64,000 nt of DNA, from contig CAWCRS010000007.1 of assembly GCA_963798085.1 (NCBI GenBank), positions 1,536,001-1,600,000 of the forward strand, given 5' to 3'. The position numbers and the translations under genes were made by a program. This document shows positions 10,062-19,300 of this stretch, in pieces (position 1 is the first letter of the stretch; each line of letters starts with the position of its first letter). The notes beneath the pieces were generated by a model that saw only the letters and a list, made by a program, of their open reading frames with translations, had not been told where the DNA came from and ran no database searches. Origin of the DNA: an uncultured Gemmatimonadales bacterium. GTDB taxonomy: Bacteria; Gemmatimonadota; Gemmatimonadetes; Longimicrobiales; RSA9.

Positions 10062-10814
10062 ATGCCCGTTGTCACCGAGTCGGTCATCCTGCAGACGTTC
10101 GCCTACGGCGAGACCAGCCGCATCCTCAAGCTGCTCACCGCAACGCACGGCTTGCAGTCCGCGATCGCCAAAGGCGCGCGCCGGCCGCGCAGCCGCTACG
10201 GCGGCATTCTGGAGCCGTTCAGTGAGGGCGTGGCTACGCTCTACATACGCGAAACGCGCGACCTGCAGACGCTCTCCGACTTCGAGCTGACACACAGCGG
10301 CCAGTCGCTGGGTGCCGACCTGCTGCGCTTCGGCGGCGCTTCCCTCATTGCCGAAATCGTGCTGCGCGCCGCCATGGAGGAGCCGCATGCCGGACTGTAT
10401 CAGCGCGTGCGCCAGGCGCTGCGCCGGCTGGAGTGCGAACCGCCTGTTAGCGTGGAAGTGGCCGTGCTGTCCGAAGTGTGGCAGCTTGTTGCCTGCCTGG
10501 GCTTCGAGCCAGGCCTGACTTCGTGCCTGGATTGCGACCGCGTGCTGGACGACGATGCGCCCGTCACCTTCGACTACGCCGCCGGTGGCGTGCGCTGCAG
10601 CGACTGCGCCGCGGGCGCGCCCGGGAAGCCCATCCCCGCGCAGGCGCGCAGCGCGCTGCTCGCCATGCTGGGCGGTCAGCCCGTCGTTGCAGCACGCACC
10701 GAGGGTCACTGGTGGCTGCTCACACGCTACCTCGATCACCACGTGCTCGAGGGCAGCACACTGCACTCGCTCTCCTTCCTGGCCAGTGCCCGCGGCCAAC
10801 CATGCGACAACTGA
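10062..10814 (+). CDS. recO: DNA repair protein RecO
   Basis: Motifs YGETSRILKLLT, IAKGARRPRS, LEPF and CxxC...CxxC. Confidence 0.92.
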   Translation: MPVVTESVILQTFAYGETSRILKLLTATHGLQSAIAKGARRPRSRYGGILEPFSEGVATLYIRETRDLQTLSDFELTHSGQSLGADLLRFGGASLIAEIVLRAAMEEPHAGLYQRVRQALRRLECEPPVSVEVAVLSEVWQLVACLGFEPGLTSCLDCDRVLDDDAPVTFDYAAGGVRCSDCAAGAPGKPIPAQARSALLAMLGGQPVVAARTEGHWWLLTRYLDHHVLEGSTLHSLSFLASARGQPCDN

Positions 10815-12682
10815 TCCTGGGCACTGCCGGACACATCGATCACGGCAAGACCGCACTCGTGCAGGCGCTCACCGGCATTGACACCGACCGGCTGCCGGAA
10901 GAGAAGCGTCGCGGCATCACCATCGACCTGGGCTTCGCCAACCTGCGCATCGAGGACCGCTGCGAGATCGGCATCGTCGACGTGCCCGGCCACGAAGGCT
11001 TCATCCGCAACATGCTGGCAGGCGCCACCGGGATTGACCTCGCCCTGCTCGTGGTGGCAGCCAATGAGGGCGTCATGCCGCAGACACGCGAACACCTCGC
11101 CATCCTCGAGCTGCTCGGCGTGCGCACGATGATCGTTGCCCTGACCAAGTGCGACCTCGTCGATGCGGAGTGGCTCGAGCTGGCGCGCGATGATGTGCGC
11201 ACGCTGCTGGCAGACACACCATTCGCGACGAGTGCCATCATCGCTGTGTCCGCTCGTACTCGCGCAGGACTCGACGAGCTGCTGCAGCACCTGGATCGGG
11301 CGGCGACGACGCTTGCCGGGCGCAGCGACGCGGATCTCTTCCGCCTGCCCATTGACCGGGTCTTTACTGTGCGTGGCACGGGCACAGTGGTCACGGGCAC
11401 CGTATGGAGCGGCGCAGCCGAGCGGGACCGTGTGCTGCGCATCCTGCCGGGCAATGCAACAGCCCGCGTGCGCGGCATCCAGGCTCACGGCGAGGAGCGA
11501 ACGCGGGCGACCGCAGGACAGCGCGCCGCGCTGGCACTGGCGGGACTCAACCGCGCGGACCTGAAACGCGGCGATGCGCTTGTGGAAGGCAATGGCTGGG
11601 AGGCGGCTTCCATTCTGACGGTGAGCCTTCGTGGGCTCGCCGGCGCACTGCCGCTGCGGACGGGTCAACGCGTGCGCTTCCATCTTGGAACAGCCGAGGT
11701 AATGGGTCGGTTCGTGCCCTTTGAACCGGGCAAACTGGAGCCGGGGCAGGAGGCTCTCGCGCAGCTGCGACTCGAAGAACCAGTGGTGGCCCGCGCCGGC
11801 GATCACTTCGTGCTGCGTTCCTGGTCGCCCGTCACCACGATTGCCGGCGGGCGCGTTCTCGAGCCGGCCGCGCGGAAGCGCAAACGGCCGGATGCGGAAG
11901 TGCGCAACCGCCTGGCGTCAATCCTCGGCAAAGGCCGCAGCCAGTCGGTTGAAGCGGCCGTGTGGCTGGCCGGCAGCAGCGGCACTCCCGTCGATCGTCT
12001 GCCCGTGATCACGCCGTGGTCCGCAGCGGACCTGGCGCTGCTCGACGAGGCCGGAGACGGGCGAGTGCGTCGAGCCGGAAACGTCGTGTGGCATGAGGAC
12101 GTCATCGCGGAGGCGCGCGAACGGCTGATCCTTCGACTCACGGAGCACCACAGCAGGCAGCCGCTGAGCCCTGGATTGCCTCGCGAGGAGCTGCGTCAGG
12201 CGATCCATGCCGCCGCGCCGGCCTTCGCCGATTTCGTGATCGCGAGCCTGCTCGGCGAGGGGCGTCTCGAAAGCGATGGCTCGACACTCCGATTGGCCGG
12301 ATTTGCTGCCGTCCTCTCGGACGCGCAGGAGGACGCGGCCCGCAGGATTGTCGACTTCGTGGACGCCGCCGGCTTTTCGGCGCCGAGCGCCGTCGATCTG
12401 CCCGCCGTGCTGTCTGGCCGCGCTGACCTCGAAGACCTGCTGCACTACCTGCAGCGCCTGGGCCGCCTGACGGCCTTGCCCGACCGGCGTTTCCTGACAC
12501 CGCACAGGCTGCTCGAAGCCGCAGCTCTGGCGCGCCGCGAGTTGGCCCGTCGGGACGGGCTGAGTCCAGCGGATTTTCGGGACCTCTACGGTATTTCGCG
12601 GAAGTACCTGATCCCGCTGCTCGAGCACTTCGACCGCACAGGGGTGACCGCGCGCTCCGGGGAGCAGCGTCGCCTAACGTGA
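10802..12682 (+). CDS. selB: Selenocysteine-specific elongation factor
   Basis: Motifs GTAGHIDHGKT, EEKRRGITIDLGF and DVPGHE; C-terminal winged helix ISRKYLIPLLEHFD. Confidence 0.96.
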   Translation: MRQLILGTAGHIDHGKTALVQALTGIDTDRLPEEKRRGITIDLGFANLRIEDRCEIGIVDVPGHEGFIRNMLAGATGIDLALLVVAANEGVMPQTREHLAILELLGVRTMIVALTKCDLVDAEWLELARDDVRTLLADTPFATSAIIAVSARTRAGLDELLQHLDRAATTLAGRSDADLFRLPIDRVFTVRGTGTVVTGTVWSGAAERDRVLRILPGNATARVRGIQAHGEERTRATAGQRAALALAGLNRADLKRGDALVEGNGWEAASILTVSLRGLAGALPLRTGQRVRFHLGTAEVMGRFVPFEPGKLEPGQEALAQLRLEEPVVARAGDHFVLRSWSPVTTIAGGRVLEPAARKRKRPDAEVRNRLASILGKGRSQSVEAAVWLAGSSGTPVDRLPVITPWSAADLALLDEAGDGRVRRAGNVVWHEDVIAEARERLILRLTEHHSRQPLSPGLPREELRQAIHAAAPAFADFVIASLLGEGRLESDGSTLRLAGFAAVLSDAQEDAARRIVDFVDAAGFSAPSAVDLPAVLSGRADLEDLLHYLQRLGRLTALPDRRFLTPHRLLEAAALARRELARRDGLSPADFRDLYGISRKYLIPLLEHFDRTGVTARSGEQRRLT

Positions 12683-12805
12683 AGCGGGACACAGGCCGAT
12701 GCTGAGAATGCGGGCCACGAACGCCTGCGCCCGACCGGACGCAGGAGCCGACAGGCACGCGCGGGACCTGAATCAAATGCGACTAGCTGCTTCAGGCACA
12801 TACTC

Positions 12806-12834
12806 TTGACTCGATTTGTCTGAAGCGATATCAT
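12806..12834 (+). promoter_or_regulatory. Sigma70-type promoter overlapped by an inverted repeat
   Basis: TTGACT-17nt-TATCAT; GCTTCAGGCA (12789-12798) and TGTCTGAAGC (12817-12826) form a 9/10 inverted repeat. Confidence 0.6.
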
Positions 12835-12934
12835 GGGCGTACCGGAGGTATGTCGGGCTGTCCAAGAGGTCCTAAACAACGGAGGGTTATCGCGAACTTT
12901 GCTACAGCACAGCTGATTCTGTGCGGAGGTGACC

Positions 12935-13372
12935 ATGAGACGCTGGATAGGCGTCGGTGTCATCCTCCTTCTCGGTTTCGGAGTCTTCACGTCGCGCGGG
13001 GAAGCGCAAGGAAACTCCGGTGGCCGAGGTGGTTCTCGGCTGGAGCAGAATTACCCGAACCCGTTCAATCCTGAAACCTGGACACCGTTCACACTGGTTG
13101 CCGAGGATTTTCGGGATGGGAAACCGGTTCTCGTCACGATCAGGATCTACAACGTGCTGCGGCAGCTCGTAGCCATCCCCACGGCTTTGAATTATCCCGG
13201 GGGGAACAACGCCGCGATCGAGAACCTGCAGTATCCAGCACCTGGCCGATACATCGCATACTGGGATGGCCGGGACAAGAACGGGCGGTCCATTGCATCA
13301 GGACTGTACATTGCCCAGCTGGAAATCAATGGAAGGAGAGTCGGTACACTGAAGATGACAGTAGCCAAGTAG
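12935..13372 (+). CDS. Small secreted protein made only of a FlgD-Ig / T9SS type-A CTD-like domain
   Basis: Signal peptide, LEQNYPNPFNPET, IRIYNVLRQLV, YWDGRDKNGRSIASGLYI, terminal KMTVAK; RBS GGAGG. Confidence 0.78.
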   Translation: MRRWIGVGVILLLGFGVFTSRGEAQGNSGGRGGSRLEQNYPNPFNPETWTPFTLVAEDFRDGKPVLVTIRIYNVLRQLVAIPTALNYPGGNNAAIENLQYPAPGRYIAYWDGRDKNGRSIASGLYIAQLEINGRRVGTLKMTVAK

Positions 13373-13384
13373 GAAAGAGTTAGG

Positions 13385-13422
13385 AAGCGCCGGGTTCCAG
13401 GGAGGGACCCGGCGCTTTTTTT
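13385..13422 (+). terminator. Rho-independent terminator
   Basis: AAGCGCCGGGTTCC / GGGACCCGGCGCTT stem followed by a T-run. Confidence 0.85.
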
Positions 13423-13459
13423 CATCCCCGTGAATCCCCGCGCGTCGAGCGATCGCGAG

Positions 13460-13912
13460 TCATGTCGCCCTGGATTCGACCAGTGCGAGGAATTCGTCTG
13501 CCGTCTGCACGGCCTGCAGCTCCGACGCAATGTCCGCGACCTTGGCGAACTGCGCCAGCTTGCCGAGCACCGGAAGGTACTGGTTTCCCACCTCCAGCGG
13601 CGGCGCCACGATAAGGAAGAAGTGGAAGACCGGCTGATTGTCGATCGCGTTGAAATCGATGCCCTCGCGCTTGCGGCCGTAGGCAACGCGCAGCTGGTTC
13701 ACCACCAGCGAGCGGCAGTGGGGAATGGCTACGCCTCTGCCGATGCCCGTCGAGCCGAGATTCTCTCGCCGCTTGAGCATCTTGAAGAGGATGCCCTCGC
13801 TCTTCTCGTCGAGACGCAACAGACTGATGAGCTCACGGAGCACGTCATCCTTGTTTGTCCCGTTCAACTCCAGTTGCACGGCATCGCGATCAAAGAAGTC
13901 GCGTAGACGCAT
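13460..13912 (-). CDS. PTS EIIA, PtsN/fructose type
   Basis: RENLGSTGIGRGVAIPH motif; ATG at 13912 with GGGAGG RBS. Confidence 0.9.
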   Translation of the reverse strand: MRLRDFFDRDAVQLELNGTNKDDVLRELISLLRLDEKSEGILFKMLKRRENLGSTGIGRGVAIPHCRSLVVNQLRVAYGRKREGIDFNAIDNQPVFHFFLIVAPPLEVGNQYLPVLGKLAQFAKVADIASELQAVQTADEFLALVESRAT

Positions 13913-14041
13913 CTTGTTTCCTCCCACGCACACCCGACCTCGCATGTATACGAGGCGGCGCAAGATAAGAGTGGTCTTCGACAGTGTCAAAGTGTCCCGT
14001 ACGCGATTGATCGACTGGAGCCTCGCGGTTAGCTTCGGCGC

Positions 14042-15037
14042 ATGTTCGATCGCATCCTGGCCGCATTCCACGCGGGCACATGCCCGCTCTACCTCGCCCC
14101 CCAGGCGGGCGTGAGCGAGAGTCCGTTCCGGCGGCTATGCCGTCGTTTCGGCGCGGATGTCGTGGTGAGCGAGTTCGTCAGCGCCGAGGGGATCCGCCGG
14201 GGCGGCGAGCGCACGCACGAGTACCTGCGTTTCGCGGAAGAAGAGCGGCCCATCGGCGTGCAGATTTTCGGCTCCGACCCCCGGGCCATGGCCGATGCTG
14301 CCGCACTGGTCGAGGCCCTCTACGCGCCGGACTTTCTCGACATCAACTTCGGTTGCCCGGTGAAGAAGGTCGTGAAGCGGAACGGCGGCTCGGGTTGCCT
14401 CAAGGATCTCGACCTCGTGCAGCGTATCATTCGCGCCGTCTCGGGGGCCGTGGCGATACCGGTGACTGCAAAAGTGCGCAGCGGCTGGAGCGACGAGACG
14501 CGACAACCGGTCGAGATCGGGTTGCGTTGTCAGGAGGCGGGCGCACGCGTGCTCACCCTGCACGCACGCAGCCGTACACAGATGTATTCCGGTCAGGCCG
14601 ACTGGGATGAGATCGCGCGCGTGGTCGAGGCGCTGGATATTCCGGTCGTGGGCAACGGGGATGTTTTTTCGGGCGAGGATGCGCGGCGCATGCGCGAACA
14701 CACGCGTTGCGCAGGCATCATGATCGCCCGCGGCTCGCACGGCTCACCCTGGATCTTCACCCAGGCGAGGGCAGCACTGACGGGCGCTCCAGTTCCGAGC
14801 GCGCCGGAAGTCGGCGATCGTTTCACGATCGTACTCGAACACGCGCGCAACGCCATCGCATTCGAAGCCGACGAAGAACGCGCCATGGTGGATTTCCGCA
14901 AACACCTCGGTTGGTACACGAAGGGATTGCCCGACGCGCGCAGGCTGCGTGAGGAACTCTTCAGTGTGCGCCGGCTGCGTGAGGCGGAGCAGCTGCTTGC
15001 GGAGTACAGCGAGCGCTGGGTAGCTGTCGTCGCGTGA
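14042..15037 (+). CDS. dusB: tRNA-dihydrouridine synthase
   Basis: Motifs LAPQAGV, DINFGCPVKKV, GNGDV and RKHLGWY. Confidence 0.92.
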   Translation: MFDRILAAFHAGTCPLYLAPQAGVSESPFRRLCRRFGADVVVSEFVSAEGIRRGGERTHEYLRFAEEERPIGVQIFGSDPRAMADAAALVEALYAPDFLDINFGCPVKKVVKRNGGSGCLKDLDLVQRIIRAVSGAVAIPVTAKVRSGWSDETRQPVEIGLRCQEAGARVLTLHARSRTQMYSGQADWDEIARVVEALDIPVVGNGDVFSGEDARRMREHTRCAGIMIARGSHGSPWIFTQARAALTGAPVPSAPEVGDRFTIVLEHARNAIAFEADEERAMVDFRKHLGWYTKGLPDARRLREELFSVRRLREAEQLLAEYSERWVAVVA

Positions 15038-15819
15038 CACCCGCACAGGTGCTGGCCATCCTCGTACGCGTGGCCGCCGGCGAGGTCGAACCGGGCGAGG
15101 CCTTCGAACGCCTGGCCTGGCTGCCCGTTGAGACGGTAGGCGACAATGCGGGTTCCGTGACTTTCGCCCGCCTCGATCATCACCGCACCGTCCGACTCGG
15201 TTTTCCCGAGGTCGTGTACTGCCCGGGCAAGACTGCGGCGCAGGTGCTCGAGATCTGCAACCGTCTGGACGCGCGTGGCGGCTTTCTCGTCACCCGAGCC
15301 CCCCACGAAGTACGTGCGCTGCTGGGCGCCCACTTCCGCGACGCAGAGATCAACGACATCGCGCGTACCGTGCTGCGCCGAGCCGATGATGTTGTGGCTG
15401 AGCCTGACCGCGGCACCGTGCTCGTACTGTCGGCCGGTACGGCGGACCTGCCCGTGGCGGAAGAGGCAGCCGTCACGGCGAGCGCGTTCGGTAACCCGGT
15501 CGAGCGTTTGTACGACGTCGGTGTGGCCGGCCTGCACCGGCTGCTGCAGGCAACGGACACGTTGCGCCGTGCGGCCGTGGTGATCGCCGTCGCCGGCATG
15601 GATGGCGCGCTGCCCAGTGTGGTGGGCGGGCTCATTGCCTCACCGGTAATTGCCGTGCCCACGAGCGTGGGATACGGCACATCATTCGGCGGCGTGGCCG
15701 CGCTTCTCACCATGCTCAACAGCTGCGCGTCGGGCGTCACCGTGGTCAACATCGACAACGGTTTCGGCGCGGCGTGCGCCGCCACGCGGATCACCCGTGC
15801 CGCTGCCCGGGTAGGATGA
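15034..15819 (+). CDS. larB: LarB-family (AIR carboxylase-like) protein
   Basis: Motifs RLGFPEVVYCPGKT, AGTADLPVAEEA, DVGVAGLHRL, PTSVGYG and VVNIDNGFGAA. Confidence 0.88.
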   Translation: MTPAQVLAILVRVAAGEVEPGEAFERLAWLPVETVGDNAGSVTFARLDHHRTVRLGFPEVVYCPGKTAAQVLEICNRLDARGGFLVTRAPHEVRALLGAHFRDAEINDIARTVLRRADDVVAEPDRGTVLVLSAGTADLPVAEEAAVTASAFGNPVERLYDVGVAGLHRLLQATDTLRRAAVVIAVAGMDGALPSVVGGLIASPVIAVPTSVGYGTSFGGVAALLTMLNSCASGVTVVNIDNGFGAACAATRITRAAARVG

Positions 15820-15846
15820 CATTGCCAGGCCACCTTGTAATTCAAC

Positions 15847-16206
15847 GGGGCCGACCTGGTTTCGACGTGTTCAGTGAAGTCGGAGCTGCGTGCCGAGGTC
15901 CCGTCACCTCGTAAAAAAGCGGGAAAACCAACAAGTGCCAACTCTTCTTTGGCGCTGGCTGCGTAACTAGACATTACGCACCCGCTCGCCGTTGGACCGG
16001 GCCCGAGGTCTGGCGGATCGAGCGTCGATGAATCGGGCTGGTCTCCGGGTTCTGTCCTGCGACACGGAGGCGAGATCACAGCGGGGCTGGCTCGTGAGGA
16101 GGCTGTTCGCCGGCTACCGATCGAGCGAGAACTGATCGGCGGACTACGCACGTAGACGCACCGGGGGATCTGTTCGCGGACGCGGGTTCGACTCCCGCCG
16201 GCTCCA
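15847..16206 (+). ncRNA. ssrA: tmRNA with tag (A)ANSSLALAA* at 15937-15966
   Basis: 5' GGGGCCGACCTGGTTTCGAC; 3' T-arm GCGGGTTCGACTCCCGC and CGGCTCCA; tag ORF ends in ALAA. Confidence 0.96.
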
Positions 16207-16343
16207 TTTCCATGGCACGGCCGCCTGATGTGATCGCGTTATGATGACATCCGGCGGCCGTTTGCCGTCTGCGCCGTGTGCGGGGCAGCCGTATCCAACC
16301 CGGTGCCGTCGGGTAGCACTGGCAACTGACGCCATCCCGCCTG

Positions 16344-19300
16344 GTGCGCGTGAGTCACCTGACCAACGCGTTTCATCAGGAGAGTTGGCTGTTGCGCCTG
16401 CACAGGTCCTCCTCGCCCGCTCCGCCCGCTGATCCGCTGCTCCCGAAGACTCCGCCTGCGAACGTCGAAGCTCCGCCGGTCGGCCCGCTTGGCGGTGAAT
16501 TGCTGGGCGTCGATCAGCTGGGTGAGCGTGCCCGCGTGCTCGCCCGCGCACAAGTGCTCGCGACCGGTCGTCCGCGGCAGCGACATGCGCCTCTGCTGGC
16601 GCGCCTGGATCAGACCCGAGGCATTCTCGCCGCGGCCGAGGTTCAGCTCGCTGATGCCGCGGCGCGGGATGTCAATGTCGGCCCGGCAGGCGCCTGGCTG
16701 CTCGACAACTATCACATCGTGCAGGAACACATGCGCGAAGTGCGGCAGAGCCTGCCGCGCGGCTACTACAACGAGCTGCCGCAGCTGGCGTCGGGGCGCC
16801 TGGCCGGCTATCCGCGCGTGTACGACCTGGCGATCACGCTGATCTCGCACACGGAAGCGCGCATCGATCTCGACAACGTGGACCTGTTCATCGGCGCGTT
16901 TCAGTCGGAGCAGGCACTTTCGATCGGTGAGCTGTGGGCGATTCCGGCAATGATGCGGCTCGGGCTCATCGAAAGCGTGCGTCGCATGACGCTGCGCACA
17001 GTCGAGCGGCTCGTGCAGATCGAGGATGCCGATCGGCGCGGCGCACACATCCTGGACGCCACCGAGCACCACGGACTCGAGCTGGCCGCCGCATTGCGCG
17101 AGTTCATGAGCGATCCGCCGCGGCTCACCGCTACGTTCGTCTCCCGGTTCCTCTACGCATTGCGCGAAAGCCGCGCCGCGCACCCTTCGCTGATCACGCT
17201 CGAGCAGTGGATAGGCGACGAAGGACTGGGCGCCGAGCCCGCCAGCATCCAGTCGACGAGTCGTGTCGCCCTGACGCACATCATGATGGCGAACAGCATC
17301 ACGAGTCTGCGCGCCATCGGTCGTCTCGACTGGAAGGTCTTCGTGGAGCGGCAGAGCAGACTCGACGCTGTGCTGCGCAAGGACCCGGCACAGTACTACA
17401 CCCGCATGACGTTCGGAACGCGCGATCACTATCGCCACGTGGTCGAACGCCTGGCCCGGCGCACGCGACTGCCGGAGACAGTCGTTGCGAGCCATGCGGT
17501 CGCACTCGCGTCACGCGCTGAAATGCGGGACCACACGACACACGTGGGCTTCTTCCTCATCGATGACGGGCTGCCGGAGCTGGAACGGGCGTGTGGCTTC
17601 CACGCCACCGGCAGCGAGGCACTGCACCGGTTCGTGCTGCACTACCCGGGCATCGCCTTCAGCAGCGCCATCGCCGTTGTGACCGCCGCCATCCTGGTTG
17701 CACTCTGGAGCGTCGCCGGGCCGATGCCCATCGCGGCACAGATCGCAGCGACCATCCTGCTGCTCCTGCCCGCGCTCAATGTTGCGATCCATCTCGTGCA
17801 TCAGTTGTTCTCCGTGTTTCTGCCACCCCGGCTGCTGCCCAAACTCGATCTGCGCGCGCCGCGCGGGATTCCTTCCGAGTTCCGGACCGCAGTCGTGATT
17901 CCCACGCTGTTCGCCGACGTCGCCGCAGTTGCGGAAGCACTGGAAATCATCGAAGCGCAATTCCTGGCCAACCGCGATGCGCATCTGCATTTCGCTGTGC
18001 TCAGCGACTTCACGGACGCCAGCAGTGCGACGCGTGCGGACAATGAAGAGATCCTGAACGCCGCTGTGCTCGGCATCACCGAGCTGAACGCACGCTATGC
18101 CCCGGACACGGCGGACGCCTTCTTTCTCTTTCACCGGCCGCGGCGCTGGAATGCCAGTCAGGGCGAGTGGATGGGGTGGGAACGCAAGCGCGGCAAGCTC
18201 GCCGAATTCAATCACTACCTGCGCGGCGGTGCACGCGACGCGTTTTCCACGGTTGTGGGCAGGACTGCGGCGCTGGAACAGGTCCGTTATGTGATCACTC
18301 TCGATGCCGACACGGTCCTGCCGCCGGATGCCGCACCGCTGCTGGTGGGAGCCCTGGCGCATCCGCTCAATCGCGCTGTGTACGACGCTGTTCGCGCCCG
18401 CGTCGTCCGCGGCTTCGGTATTCTCCAGCCTCGCGTCGGCGTGTCACTGCCGAGCGCGTACCGCTCGCGTTTCGCCATCATCAATTCCGGACATCCCGGT
18501 GTGGATCCCTATACGACCGCAGTCTCCGACGTATATCAGGACCTGTTCGGGGAGGGCAGCTTCACCGGAAAAGGGATTTACGATGTCAATGCGTTCGAGC
18601 GGGCAACGTATGGACGCTTCCCGGAGAACAAGCTGCTGTCGCACGATCTGATCGAGGGCAGTTACGCGCGGGCCGGGCTGGTGACGGACATCATTGTGTA
18701 CGACGATTATCCTACGCACTACCTGACGTACACCCGCCGCAAGCACCGCTGGATCCGTGGCGACTGGCAGCTGCTGGATTGGCTGACACCAACAGTGGCC
18801 GGGCCCGACGGTCCGGAGCCCAACCGCCTTTCCCTGCTGTCCCGCTGGAAGATTCTCGACAATCTGCGCCGCAGCACGGTCGAGATTGCACAGCTCGCGC
18901 TACTGGTTGGCGGCTGGACCCTGCTGCCGGCGTCGGCGCTGGCCTTCACGGCGCTCGCGCTGGGCGCGATTGCGGCTCCCTGGCTGGCTGCGCTGCTGCT
19001 CGCTTCATTGCGACCGCCGCTCGACAAGTCCTGGGCCGCCTACTATTCGGCGGTCGGGCGGGACGCACGCACCAGTGCGCAACAGGTTCTCCTGACGCTG
19101 GCGTTTCTGCCGCACCAGGCCTGCATCTCGTTCGACGCCATCGCGCGGACGCTCTGGCGCATCTTCGTCAGCCGGCGGCACCTGCTCGAGTGGCAGACCG
19201 CATCGCGTACCGAGCTTCTGCTCGCAGGGCCGCGCTCACCGTGGAAGGCAATGGCACCCGGGCTGGTGTCCGCACTGACCGCGGCGGGCCTGGTGGCGGC

